In this document: positions 39,795 to 50,442 of the stretch, piece after piece
How the letters are laid out: every line of letters starts with the position of its first letter
Position numbering within the stretch: position 1 is the stretch's first letter
Source: Acidobacteriota bacterium
GTDB lineage: Bacteria; Acidobacteriota; Thermoanaerobaculia; Gp7-AA8
DNA: 64,000 bases
Direction of reading: 5' to 3'
Assembly: GCA_019244185.1 (NCBI GenBank)
Contig: JAFATB010000023.1
Location: forward strand, 224,001 to 288,000
Notes under the pieces: model-generated
Told to the model about the DNA's origin: nothing
What the model saw: the letters and a program-made list of their open reading frames with translations, nothing else
Database searches by the model: none
Made by a program: the position numbers and the translations under genes

Positions 39795-40547
39795 CTACTT
39801 CAGGCTAGCAAGGTTCGGTCCGCCGAGCACGCGCGCGAGAAGTGCGTACAGTTCCGCGACTTGCGGATCGTCGGCGAGCGCGGCGAGATGGCGCTCGAGG
39901 ACGTCGCGATCGCCGCGCACAGCCGGACCCGTGAAGCGCCGCGCGTCGGTGTGCTTCCGCCAGTTTTCGATCGCGGACAATGCCAGCGCGACAAGGTCTT
40001 CGCGCACGTCGCCGACGCCCGCGCGCTCCATGAGCCGTTGCGCGACGTCGAGCGACGCGGCGACGTAGTTCGAGCCGAACACCGCCGCCGCGTGATACAG
40101 CGCCTTCTGCTCCAGCGCGACTTCCGCGAAGCGCGCGCCGACGGCGGCCGCGATCAGCTTCGCCGTCCGCTTGTGCGCGCCTTCGAACACGAGCAGCGTG
40201 TTGTCGAGGTCCGACGGCTCGCCGACCGGCGGCAGCGACTTCAGCGGATGGAGCGAGAAGCCGCCGCGCAGACTGGCCAGCGCGCCGCTCGCGTGAAAAA
40301 TCAGCGCGTCGGATTCCGGCACCTGCTCCGCCACGAGCGGTATCGCGCGGTCGCTCACGGCGACGAGGAGGAGCTCCGACTCGCGCGCGAGATCGCCGAG
40401 GTCCATGCGGGCGGTGCCGAGCAACTCGGCGATGCGGCTGCGCGAGGCGTCGCGCAGCCAGACGCCGGAGAGCGGCCAGCCGATCCGCTTCCACGCGGAG
40501 CCGAAAGCCCATGCGGCGCGGCCGCCGCCTAAAATGCCGAGGCGCAT
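39795..40547 (-). CDS. Rossmann-like/DUF2520 oxidoreductase (PanG-like)
   Basis: GILGGGR, AVSD, FHASGA, SLHP, KALYHAAAVFGSNY, TGPAVRGD. Confidence 0.85.
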   Translation of the reverse strand: MRLGILGGGRAAWAFGSAWKRIGWPLSGVWLRDASRSRIAELLGTARMDLGDLARESELLLVAVSDRAIPLVAEQVPESDALIFHASGALASLRGGFSLHPLKSLPPVGEPSDLDNTLLVFEGAHKRTAKLIAAAVGARFAEVALEQKALYHAAAVFGSNYVAASLDVAQRLMERAGVGDVREDLVALALSAIENWRKHTDARRFTGPAVRGDRDVLERHLAALADDPQVAELYALLARVLGGPNLASLK

Positions 40548-40548
40548 A

Positions 40549-40907
40549 ATGAGCAGGACGATGCGAACTGCTGCTGCCGTGATTCTCGCACTGATCGGGA
40601 CGGTTGCCTTTGCCGCGCCGCCGTCGACGTGCAACCTCGAAGGCGATTACGCGCGCGCGCTCTGTGCTTACCAGCACCGCAACTTCGGCGAGGCGGAGAA
40701 CGGCTTCCGCGCGCTGATGGAGCAGACCGAGCAGACGCCCGAAACGATCCGCGCGACGTACTTTCTCGCGCGGACGCTGATGAAGACTGGCCGCTTCGAC
40801 GAGGCCAGCGCGCTCTTCGTCAGAATCTACTCGCTCGACAAATCGTTTTACGACACGTGGAACTGCGACTATCTCCTCGGCGAATGCAGGAAGGCGCTCG
40901 GTAAGTA

Positions 40908-40908
<1 letters not shown>
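40549..40908 (+). CDS. Small secreted TPR protein
   Basis: Signal peptide ending AFA; TPR-like helices (ATYFLARTLMKTGRFDEA); TAATG coupling to the next gene. Alternative start 40561. Confidence 0.7.
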
Positions 40909-42440
<1,532 letters not shown>

Positions 42441-42600
42441 TAAATTTAACAAAATGAGCAGCTTGCAAGTGGCGCGCGGCGGATTCAAGGCGAATTGTGG
42501 CGAAATGCCGCAGGTGCTCATCCGGTCACAAAAAGCGGCTCTCTCGTGTAAACTGCGCCGGAACATGCACTTAGGCGTCGTTTCGCGAAGCTGGCGCACG

Positions 42601-42616
42601 TGGCAGTCGCGTTGCT
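42601..42616 (+). promoter_or_regulatory. Sigma54 -24/-12 promoter TGGCAGTCGCGTTGCT
   Basis: Fits TGGCA-N6-TTGCW with exact GG-N10-GC spacing; lies directly downstream of the activator gene. Confidence 0.75.
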
Positions 42617-42649
42617 CAAGGGTGGCCCCGACACATGAGGGGGGCAACG

Positions 42650-42820
42650 ATGAACAACGCAGCGCAAACCCGCACCAACAAGCTCGAAACCGCCGTCTCG
42701 GCCGCGTACGCGCTGCCGGCGATGCTCGCGGCGAACACCGTCGCGCTGCTGGCTCTCGACCAGCTCGGCGGCATCCCCCACTGGATCAAGACCGCCGTCA
42801 GCCTGTTCCTCTCCTTTTAG
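42650..42820 (+). CDS. 56-aa hydrophobic small protein
   Basis: MNNAAQTRTNKLETAVSAAYALPAMLAANTVALLALDQLGGIPHWIKTAVSLFLSF; GAGGGGGG RBS; GC-ending codons; first ORF after the sigma54 promoter. Confidence 0.65.
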   Translation: MNNAAQTRTNKLETAVSAAYALPAMLAANTVALLALDQLGGIPHWIKTAVSLFLSF

Positions 42821-42848
42821 CCGGAGTCGTGCGGAGGATCATCACCCC

Positions 42849-43286
42849 ATGACTGCGACTGCCGAGCGGCAGATGGAGCTGACGCTCCCGATGGTGCCGG
42901 ACATCGAGATCGCGGCCGCACGCGCGGCCGGGAACCTCGCCCGGGAGCTCGGGATGGCGTCCGAATCCGTCGACGAGATGACGCACGCGATGATCGAAGC
43001 GTGCATCAACGCTCGGGAGCACTCCGGTAGCAAAGACCGTCGGATCTATGTAAGAATCACCGGCACCTCGCTCGCCGAAGGCAACTCGCGCATCGATATC
43101 TGGATCACCGATCACGGCCAGGGATTCAACGTGACCGAAGCCCGTTCGCGCCGCCAGAATCTCGGCGCCGTCCACAAGCGCGGCTGGGGCCTGCAGATCA
43201 TCGAAGCCCACATGGACGAGGTCGGAATCACGACCGGAGCCGAAGGCACGACGATCCACATGGTGAAATACGGGAAGAAATCATGA
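42849..43286 (+). CDS. Anti-sigma factor Ser/Thr kinase (RsbW/SpoIIAB-like)
   Basis: EACINAREH (N box), DHGQGF (G1), RGWGLQII..HMDEV (G2); GGAGG RBS. Confidence 0.9.
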   Translation: MTATAERQMELTLPMVPDIEIAAARAAGNLARELGMASESVDEMTHAMIEACINAREHSGSKDRRIYVRITGTSLAEGNSRIDIWITDHGQGFNVTEARSRRQNLGAVHKRGWGLQIIEAHMDEVGITTGAEGTTIHMVKYGKKS

Positions 43287-43639
43287 CGGATGAATTGAGA
43301 GTCGCGGTCGATCGGCGCGGTCCGGACGGCGCGGTGCTGTACACGAAGGGCTACATCAACAACGTCGGCGGCGAGGAAATCGCGAACCGCGCGTACGAGA
43401 TGATGGACGCCGGCGTGCGCACGCTCCTGCTCAACCTGCGCGAGACGAAGATCGTCAACTCCATCGGCATCAGCATCCTCATCGAGATCATCGAGAAGAT
43501 GATCGACAAAGGCGGCCGCATCGCCTTCTGCTGCCTCACGCCGGTCATCCTCAAGACGTTCCAGATCATGGGGCTCGCGAACTACGCCTCGATCTTCGCC
43601 GACGAGGAATCGGCCGTGAGCGAGCTCGGCCTGAAGTAG
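43283..43639 (+). CDS. STAS anti-anti-sigma factor (RsbV/SpoIIAA-like)
   Basis: LLLNL...IVNSIGI (phosphoacceptor Ser), FQIMGL, ATGA overlap with the upstream stop. Confidence 0.9.
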   Translation: MTDELRVAVDRRGPDGAVLYTKGYINNVGGEEIANRAYEMMDAGVRTLLLNLRETKIVNSIGISILIEIIEKMIDKGGRIAFCCLTPVILKTFQIMGLANYASIFADEESAVSELGLK

Positions 43640-43682
43640 CCCGTTCCGCGGTTTCCCCTTCCTGATATTCTCCTGCGCGCCT

Positions 43683-45335
43683 ATGCCCCCGGTCCGCTCG
43701 TTCACCGACCTTCTGCATGCGTTGCAGGCGATCGAACGCTCGTCGGCGGCCGTGCAGGGGCCGCTCATCCTCGACGCCTTCGCGCGGCACACGCGCTTCG
43801 ACGCCGGCGCGCTGTATCTGCGTGAATCGCGCGGCTCGGAGCTGCGTCTCGCCGCGAAGTCGCGCCACTTCGTCGCGCCGGAGATCCTCGACGCGCAGGC
43901 GCGTGCCGAGGAGTTGCTCGAGCCGAGGCCGATGCTGGTGATGCCGCTGCAATCGCAGCGCGAGCCGTTCGGAATCCTCGCCCTCGGCACGCTCGACCAC
44001 GTCGCGCACGACAGCGACGGTGCCAGCGAAGAAGAACTGGCGTTCATCCGCGCGGCGACGGCGTTTCTCTCGACGCTGATCACGAATCAGCGCCTGCTGC
44101 AGGAGACGCGCGAGGGCGACTTTCAGCTCAAGTACCGATTGTGGGAGCTCGAGTCGCTGTATGACATCGGCCTCTCCATCGCCTCGACCCTCAATGTCGA
44201 CGAGCTCGCGGACGAGATCCTCTTCCGCATGATCTCGCTCACGAACGCGCGGCGCGCGGCGCTCTTCCTGCGCGAGCCGGCGGGCGGCTTCACGCTCTAT
44301 CGCTCGTTCGGCGAGGTGCGCGAAGACTTTCTCGAACGCGAGCTGAGCCAACAGCTCATGCGCGAAGGAAAGCCGCTGACGTTCGAAGGCGGCGGCGACT
44401 GCCTCTTCCCCGAATGCGAGACGTTCGTCGCGGTGCCGATCAAAGGCAGCAACGACGCGGTCATCGGCGTCCTCGCCGCGGCCGATCGCGAGACGCGCGA
44501 GGGCGGCATCGGCGCGTTCGAGGACAACGAGCTGCGACTCTTGTCGCTCTTCGCGAACCAGGTCGCCATCGCGCTCGAGAACGCGCGTCTCCACCGCGAG
44601 GCGCTGCTCAAGCAGGCCATGGAACGCGAGCTCGAGCTCGCGGCCACGATCCAGCGCGACATTCTCCCCAAAACGATTCCGACCGTCGAAGGCATTGACA
44701 TCGCCGCGCTCTCGCGTCCCGCGCGCCAGGTCGGCGGCGATTATCACGCGTTCTTCCTGCGCGACGGCGTGCTCACCGCGCTCGTCGCCGACGTCGCGGG
44801 CAAGTCGATGCCGGCGGCGCTGCTTGTGTCCGCGCTGCACGCCGTGCTGCAGCTGCTGTTCGCGGAAGGGCGCGAGCTCGGCGAGATCGCCACGGAGCTC
44901 AATCGCCACATCCACAGCTGGTCGGCCGAGAACAAGTTCGCGACGATGATCATGGTCTCGATCGATCCCGAACACGAGACGCTGCAGTACGTGAACGCGG
45001 GACACAACCCGTGCTATCTCCTGAGCGACGGCCGCATCGATCAGATGAAGTCGCATGGCCTCCCGATCGGCATCCTGCCGCAGACGCGCTACGCGACGCA
45101 GACGCGCCCGTTCCCGGCCGGTTCCGCGGTCGTGCTCTACAGCGACGGCATCACCGAGGCGGAGAACGTGGCGGGCGAAGAATTCGAGAACGAGCGCCTC
45201 GAAGCGCTGCTCCGCGAGCACGCGGACGCGCCGACCGCCGAACTGCGCGACCGCATCGCCGAAGCGGTGGACGGCTTCGTGGGCGAAGCGCCACAGAAAG
45301 ACGACGAGACGCTCGTCGTCGTACGACGCGCGTAA
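43683..45335 (+). CDS. GAF-GAF-PP2C (SpoIIE/RsbU-like) phosphatase
   Basis: RELELAATIQ, VGGDY, ADVAGK, NAGHN, LYSDGITE, DDET motifs; two GAF-like regions. Confidence 0.92.
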   Translation: MPPVRSFTDLLHALQAIERSSAAVQGPLILDAFARHTRFDAGALYLRESRGSELRLAAKSRHFVAPEILDAQARAEELLEPRPMLVMPLQSQREPFGILALGTLDHVAHDSDGASEEELAFIRAATAFLSTLITNQRLLQETREGDFQLKYRLWELESLYDIGLSIASTLNVDELADEILFRMISLTNARRAALFLREPAGGFTLYRSFGEVREDFLERELSQQLMREGKPLTFEGGGDCLFPECETFVAVPIKGSNDAVIGVLAAADRETREGGIGAFEDNELRLLSLFANQVAIALENARLHREALLKQAMERELELAATIQRDILPKTIPTVEGIDIAALSRPARQVGGDYHAFFLRDGVLTALVADVAGKSMPAALLVSALHAVLQLLFAEGRELGEIATELNRHIHSWSAENKFATMIMVSIDPEHETLQYVNAGHNPCYLLSDGRIDQMKSHGLPIGILPQTRYATQTRPFPAGSAVVLYSDGITEAENVAGEEFENERLEALLREHADAPTAELRDRIAEAVDGFVGEAPQKDDETLVVVRRA

Positions 45336-45345
45336 ACCGCGCGCG

Positions 45346-46107
45346 CTACTTTTTCGCGAACGCCGCGATCTTCGCCTTCGCCTCGTCCGACGCGAAACAC
45401 TGCAGCTGATGCTCGGCCTCGAGCTCGAGCTGCGCGCGCAAGTCGTTCCGTTCCGACGCCGCGAGCGCGCGCTTGATCCCCTGCACCGCGAGCGGTGAGC
45501 CGCCGGCGATCGCCTGCGCGAGCGCCGCCGTCTCGCGCGCGAGCTCCGCGGCGGGGACGACGCGATCGACCATGCCGATGCGCTCCGCTTCCGCGGCATC
45601 GACCATGCGGCCTGTGGCCATCAGCTCGAGCGCGCGTCCGTTGCCGACGAGCCGCGGCAGGAGCCACGTGCCGCCCCAGTCCGGATGGAGGCCGATGCGC
45701 ACGAACGTCTCGCCCAGCTTCGCGACATCCGAGGCGATGCGGTAGTCGCACGCGAGCGCGAGGTTGCAGCCGGCGCCCGCGGCCACGCCGTTGATCGACG
45801 CGATCACCGGCTTGGCCATCGACGCGAGCTGCAGCACGACGTCGCGTCCGGCGTCGAGCAGCTTGCGGAACGACGCGACGTCATCGCTCTCCTGCAGCTT
45901 CGCCATGTACTCGACGTCGCCGCCGGCGCAGAACGCGCGACCCGCGCCGGTGATCACGACGACGCGCACGCGCTCGTCGCCGTCGCACGCGCGCAACGCG
46001 GCGAGCAGGTCCTCGCGCATCGTGCCGCTGAACGCGTTGAGCTTCTCGGAACGGTCGAGCGTGATCGTCGCGACCGCGCCGTCGATGGCGGTGCTGATGA
46101 AAGTCAT
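45346..46107 (-). CDS. Enoyl-CoA hydratase/isomerase
   Basis: TGAGRAFCAGGD, KPVIASINGVAAGAG, LACD, IGLHPDWG. Confidence 0.92.
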   Translation of the reverse strand: MTFISTAIDGAVATITLDRSEKLNAFSGTMREDLLAALRACDGDERVRVVVITGAGRAFCAGGDVEYMAKLQESDDVASFRKLLDAGRDVVLQLASMAKPVIASINGVAAGAGCNLALACDYRIASDVAKLGETFVRIGLHPDWGGTWLLPRLVGNGRALELMATGRMVDAAEAERIGMVDRVVPAAELARETAALAQAIAGGSPLAVQGIKRALAASERNDLRAQLELEAEHQLQCFASDEAKAKIAAFAKK

Positions 46108-46135
46108 GGCGGGCGTCAGGATAAACTGCGCGCGC

Positions 46136-47230
46136 ATGAAACGCGCGCTCACATGGGTCAGCTACGCCACGATCCCGCTGGCGCTCTATCTCCAGTTCTT
46201 CGCGACCGAGCGCATCGTCCTGCAGTTCATCTTCTCGTGCCTCGCCGTCATCCCCATTGCGTCGTGGATCGGCCACAGCACCGAGCACCTCGCGTACCGC
46301 ATGGGACCGACGTACGGCGCGCTGTTCAACGCCACCTTCGGCAACTTCGCGGAGATGGTCATCGCCGTCTTCGCCATCCGCGCGGGACTCACCGACGTCG
46401 TGCGCGCGTCGCTGAGCGGCTCGATCGTCGGCAACCTGCTGTTCGTCGCGGGACTGGCGATGCTGATGGGCGGGTGGAAGCGCGAGTCGCAGTCGTTCAA
46501 CGATCTTGCCGCGGAGGCGCAGGGCGGCCAGCTGATTCTCGCCGTCGCGTCGGCGATCATCCCCGCGCTCTTCTTCCGCTCCGCCGTCAGCGCGCGCCAT
46601 CCGGAGCTGATCCACGAAGTCTCGCGCGGCACCGCGGTGATCCTCTTGATCTCGTACGCCGCGGGACTCTGGTTCTCGTTCCGCACGCACCGCCACCGCT
46701 TCGCCGCCGCGAATGCGGAAGACGAGCTTCCCGCCGATACGTGGCCGGTGAAGAAAGCCGCCGGGATCCTCCTCGGCGCGAGCGTCTTGATGGGCATCGT
46801 CGCGGAAGGACTCGTGCACGCCGTCCACGCCGCCGGCCGTGCGTGGGGCATGAACGAAGTCTTCCTCGGCTTCATCGTGCTGGCGATCGTCGGCAACGCG
46901 GCGGAACACTCCACCGCGGTCGTGCTGGCCATGCGCAATCAGATGGACACGGCGCTCAACATCTCGATGCAGTCGAGCGTGCAGATCGCGCTCTTCGTGA
47001 CGCCGGTGCTGGTCTTTCTCTCCGTGCCGCTCGGGCATCCGCTGGATCTGCTGTTCACACCGTTCGAGATCCTCGCGATCACGATCGCCGTCGCCGTCTT
47101 CGCGTATCTCTGCATCGACGGCGAGACGAACTGGTACGAGGGCGTGCAGCTCCTCGCGGTGTACGGGCTCATCGCCGTCGCGCTCTACTTTCTTCCCGCG
47201 ACTCCGCAGCCGGCGCCCGCCGCGCACTGA
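46136..47230 (+). CDS. Ca2+/H+ antiporter (CAX/ChaA family)
   Basis: NATFGNFAE and IVGNAAEH alpha-repeats; SSVQIALF. Confidence 0.92.
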   Translation: MKRALTWVSYATIPLALYLQFFATERIVLQFIFSCLAVIPIASWIGHSTEHLAYRMGPTYGALFNATFGNFAEMVIAVFAIRAGLTDVVRASLSGSIVGNLLFVAGLAMLMGGWKRESQSFNDLAAEAQGGQLILAVASAIIPALFFRSAVSARHPELIHEVSRGTAVILLISYAAGLWFSFRTHRHRFAAANAEDELPADTWPVKKAAGILLGASVLMGIVAEGLVHAVHAAGRAWGMNEVFLGFIVLAIVGNAAEHSTAVVLAMRNQMDTALNISMQSSVQIALFVTPVLVFLSVPLGHPLDLLFTPFEILAITIAVAVFAYLCIDGETNWYEGVQLLAVYGLIAVALYFLPATPQPAPAAH

Positions 47231-47235
47231 CGCTC

Positions 47236-48213
47236 GTGAAGCGCCCGTATTTCTTCGAGCTCTTCACGGTCGCGAACCTCGCGGCGTTCGCGCTCTTCGC
47301 GCACGCGTCGTCGCCGCTCGCGAATCCGCTGCTCAACTGGCTCTCGTTCAGCTTCGGTCTCGCGCTGCACGCGCTCGCGGGCATCGCCGTACGCGCGTCC
47401 ATCGCGAAGCTGCGCGGCGACCGCACGTACGTTGCGATCATCCGCAAGCCGGCATGGCTCCTCGACACGCTGCGCCTCGTCCTCGCCGGCGGCCTCGTCG
47501 TCGTGACGTACGGCTGGATCAAGCTCGTGGTGCCGGTCTATCACCCCACGCGTTTCGACCAGCAGCTCTGGGATCTCGATCAGACGCTCGGCCTCGGCTT
47601 CTCGCCGAACATCCTGCTGCTCGATCTCTTCGGCCGGCCGCTGTTCCTGCACGCGATCGACTGGCTGTACGCGAACGTCTTCTTCGTCAGCTCGATGATC
47701 GCCTTCGCGTACTTTCTGTCGGAGCCGAGCCGCCGCGTGCGCATCGCGTTCGCGAACGGCAACGCCGTCCTGTGGATCGCCGGCGCGTGGCTCTACTTGC
47801 TCGTGCCGTCGGTGGGTCCCGCGTACGGCTTCCCCGATCTCTGGCTCGCGCACGAGGCGGCGCTCCAGCGCACGCAGAACTTTCAGGCGCTGCTGATGCG
47901 CAACTACCAGAACGTGCTGCGCGCGGCGAGCGGGCAGCGGCCGACGGCGCCCGTTCGCATCATCTTCGGGATCGGCGCGTTTCCCTCGCTTCACGTCGCT
48001 TTTCAGACATATGTCTTTTTCTGGATGCGCCGCATCTGGACCTCGGGCGAGGTGCTCTTCGCGCTGTTCGTCGTGACGATCTTCATCGGCTCGATGGTCA
48101 CGGGCTGGCACTACATGATCGACGGCCTCGCCGGCGCCGCGCTCGCGTTCGCCTGCTACGCGTGCGCGTGGCGCGCGGCGCGGCTCTCGCGCTGGCAGCA
48201 GCTGCGGCATTAA
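47236..48213 (+). CDS. PAP2-superfamily membrane phosphotransferase (Aur1/IPC-synthase-like)
   Basis: Multi-TM; YLLVPSVGP, AFPSLHVA and GWHYMIDGLAG motifs. Confidence 0.78.
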   Translation: MKRPYFFELFTVANLAAFALFAHASSPLANPLLNWLSFSFGLALHALAGIAVRASIAKLRGDRTYVAIIRKPAWLLDTLRLVLAGGLVVVTYGWIKLVVPVYHPTRFDQQLWDLDQTLGLGFSPNILLLDLFGRPLFLHAIDWLYANVFFVSSMIAFAYFLSEPSRRVRIAFANGNAVLWIAGAWLYLLVPSVGPAYGFPDLWLAHEAALQRTQNFQALLMRNYQNVLRAASGQRPTAPVRIIFGIGAFPSLHVAFQTYVFFWMRRIWTSGEVLFALFVVTIFIGSMVTGWHYMIDGLAGAALAFACYACAWRAARLSRWQQLRH

Positions 48214-48240
48214 GTCCCGTCGCGGACTGTTTTTTCACGT

Positions 48241-49356
48241 ATGTCCGCGATTCCCTCTTCACCGACTCTCGGCGACGTGCTCGCGAAACGCACCGTCGAG
48301 GGCGAGCTGTACGAGAAGCTCGAAAACAAAGCACTGCGCTGCTTCTCGTGCGGCCACCGCTGCAAGATCCTCAACGGCCTCAAAGGCATCTGCAAAGTCC
48401 GCTACAACGAAGACGGCGTGCTGAAAGTGCCGCGCGGCTATGTCGCCGCGCTGCAGGTCGATCCGATCGAAAAGAAGCCGTTCTTCCACGCCTATCCCGG
48501 CGCTCTTGCGCTCTCGTTCGGCATGCTCGGCTGCGACTACCACTGCGGCTATTGTCAGAACTGGGTCACCTCGCAGGCGCTGCGCGATCCGATGGCCGTC
48601 GCGCCGCCGATGGACGTCGAGCCTTCCGTGCTCGTGCAGCTCGCGAAGAAGCACGGCGCGAAAGTGATCACCTCGACCTACAACGAGCCGCTCATCACCT
48701 CCGAATGGGCCGTCGAAGTCTTCAAGGAAGCGAAGCAGGCCGGCCTCGTCTGCTCGTACGTTTCGAACGGCAACGGAACGCCGGAAGTGCTCGACTACAT
48801 CGCGCCGTATCTCACGATGTACAAAGTCGATCTCAAAGGCTTCGAAGACCGTCACTACCGCGACCTCGGCGGCACCTTGCAGCCGGTGCTCGACACGATC
48901 AAAGGTCTCAAGCAGCGCGGCATCTGGGTCGAGATCGTGACGCTCGTCATTCCCGGCTTCAACGACTCCGACGGCGAGCTGACGAAGATCGCCGAGTTCC
49001 TCGCCGGCGTCGACCGCGACATCCCGTGGCACATCACCGCGTACCACGAGGATTACAAGATGAACAATCCGAGCACGACCGCGTCGCATCTGCTGCGCGC
49101 GTACGAGATCGGCAAACGCGCGGGCCTGCGCTTCATCTATCCCGGCAACATCCCCGGCGCGTTCGGCGACAAGGAATCGACGCATTGCCCGTCGTGCAGC
49201 GCGCTCGTCATCGGCCGCACCGGCTTCCGCGTGACGTCGTTCCGCCTCGTCGGCGGCAAGTGCCCCGAATGCGCGACGCCGATTCCCGGCGTCTGGGACG
49301 GAGACGCCGCCGTCGGACGCAGCGGCGTGCCGCGGCCGGTGCGAGTGGCGCGCTAA
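48241..49356 (+). CDS. amrS: AmmeMemoRadiSam system radical SAM enzyme
   Basis: CFSCGHRC, DPIEKKPFFH, GCDYHCGYCQNW, TYNEP, C-terminal CPSC...CPEC. Confidence 0.92.
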   Translation: MSAIPSSPTLGDVLAKRTVEGELYEKLENKALRCFSCGHRCKILNGLKGICKVRYNEDGVLKVPRGYVAALQVDPIEKKPFFHAYPGALALSFGMLGCDYHCGYCQNWVTSQALRDPMAVAPPMDVEPSVLVQLAKKHGAKVITSTYNEPLITSEWAVEVFKEAKQAGLVCSYVSNGNGTPEVLDYIAPYLTMYKVDLKGFEDRHYRDLGGTLQPVLDTIKGLKQRGIWVEIVTLVIPGFNDSDGELTKIAEFLAGVDRDIPWHITAYHEDYKMNNPSTTASHLLRAYEIGKRAGLRFIYPGNIPGAFGDKESTHCPSCSALVIGRTGFRVTSFRLVGGKCPECATPIPGVWDGDAAVGRSGVPRPVRVAR

Positions 49357-49379
49357 AGGTGATAAGGTCCGCCGCCGTC

Positions 49380-49688
49380 GTGGACTCGTTCGTTGACATC
49401 GGCAACATCGCGGAAGTCCCAGTAGGGCGCACGAAAGCGTACGTCGTCGGCGGACGCTCCATCGCGCTCTATCACACCGCGCGCGGCTTCTTCGCCACCG
49501 ACAACACGTGCCCGCATCGCGGCGGTCCGCTCGCGGAAGGCGATTTGATCGGCGACGAGATCACGTGCCCGTGGCATCTGTGGGGCTTCGACGTCGCCAG
49601 CGGCGTGTGCACGGGAAACGCAGAGGTCTCCGTCGCGGCGCATGAAGTTCGCGTCGAAGGGGAACGCATCATGGTGAGGCTGTCGTGA
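49380..49688 (+). CDS. Rieske [2Fe-2S] ferredoxin (NirD-like)
   Basis: CPHRGGPL and CPWH motifs. Confidence 0.88.
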   Translation: MDSFVDIGNIAEVPVGRTKAYVVGGRSIALYHTARGFFATDNTCPHRGGPLAEGDLIGDEITCPWHLWGFDVASGVCTGNAEVSVAAHEVRVEGERIMVRLS

Positions 49689-50320
49689 ATCCGAAACCGT
49701 TGCGCCACGTCGATCTCTACAGCAGCGCGGGCAAGCTCGAGGCGCTCTATCGCGAGCTGCAGGATCCCGCCGGCGTTGCCGTCGTCTGCCATCCGCACCC
49801 CCTCGGCGGCGGCACGCTGCACAACAAAGTCGTCTTCCGCGCCGCACGCGGACTCGAGGCCGCGAACGTGGCCACGCTGCGCTTCAACTTCCGCGGTGTC
49901 GGCGCGAGCGGCGGACGCCACGACGAAGGCGAGGGCGAACAGGAAGACGTCACCGCCGCGATCGAGTGGGTGAAGCGCAAGCATCCGGGCAAGAAGCTCT
50001 TCGTCGGCGGCTTCTCGTTCGGCTCGTGGGTCGCCTCACGCGTCGCGTGCGAGCGCACCGACGTCGACGCGATGTTTCTCATCGGCACGCCGGTCAACAA
50101 GTACGACTTCGGCTATCTGCGGCATTGCGAGCGTCCGATCCTCTTCGTGCACGGCACGCAGGACGAGCACGGCGACGTCGCGAAGCTCGAGAAGCTCATC
50201 CCGCACGTGCGCAACGCCGAGAGCGTGATCATCACCGGCGCCGATCACTTTTTCACCAAGCAGCTGGAAGGTTTGGAAGAGACGATCCGCGCCTGGGCCG
50301 AAGAGATCATCGAGGGTTAA
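49685..50320 (+). CDS. Alpha/beta-fold hydrolase
   Basis: CHPHP.GGGT, RFNFRGVG, GFSFG, GTQDE, ADHFF. Confidence 0.92.
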   Translation: MNPKPLRHVDLYSSAGKLEALYRELQDPAGVAVVCHPHPLGGGTLHNKVVFRAARGLEAANVATLRFNFRGVGASGGRHDEGEGEQEDVTAAIEWVKRKHPGKKLFVGGFSFGSWVASRVACERTDVDAMFLIGTPVNKYDFGYLRHCERPILFVHGTQDEHGDVAKLEKLIPHVRNAESVIITGADHFFTKQLEGLEETIRAWAEEIIEG

Positions 50321-50332
50321 TCGAGGTTCGGC

Positions 50333-50361
50333 TTGCCTCTTATGCTGTTATCCCATAGAAT
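50333..50361 (+). promoter_or_regulatory. Sigma70-type promoter TTGCCT-N17-TAGAAT
   Basis: -35 at 50333-50338, -10 at 50356-50361, 17-nt spacer; no plus-strand CDS follows. Confidence 0.7.
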
Positions 50362-50367
50362 GCGTCT

Positions 50368-50441
50368 GCAGGTGCCCCGGGGCTAACTCCTCCTTGCGTG
50401 ACCCCCTTCTCCTGTTGGCGCTTCCAACCCGGGGCACCTCC
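50368..50441 (+). ncRNA. Candidate ~74-nt small RNA with C/U-rich anti-SD-like loops
   Basis: Begins 7 nt after the -10; perfect 12-bp closing stem 50370-50381/50428-50439; internal hairpin GTTGG-CGCTT-CCAAC; CTCCTCCTT and CCCCCTTCTCCT tracts. Confidence 0.55.
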
Positions 50442-50442
50442 T

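Noticed and set aside
42650-42820. Flp/type IV pilin interpretation of the 56-aa peptide
   Set aside because: No prepilin cleavage Gly with +5 Glu/Tyr.
50368-50441. tRNA or plain terminator interpretation of the hairpin
   Set aside because: No cloverleaf, TTC loop or CCA end; the 46-nt interior and missing U-tract do not fit a simple intrinsic terminator, although a terminator role is not excluded.
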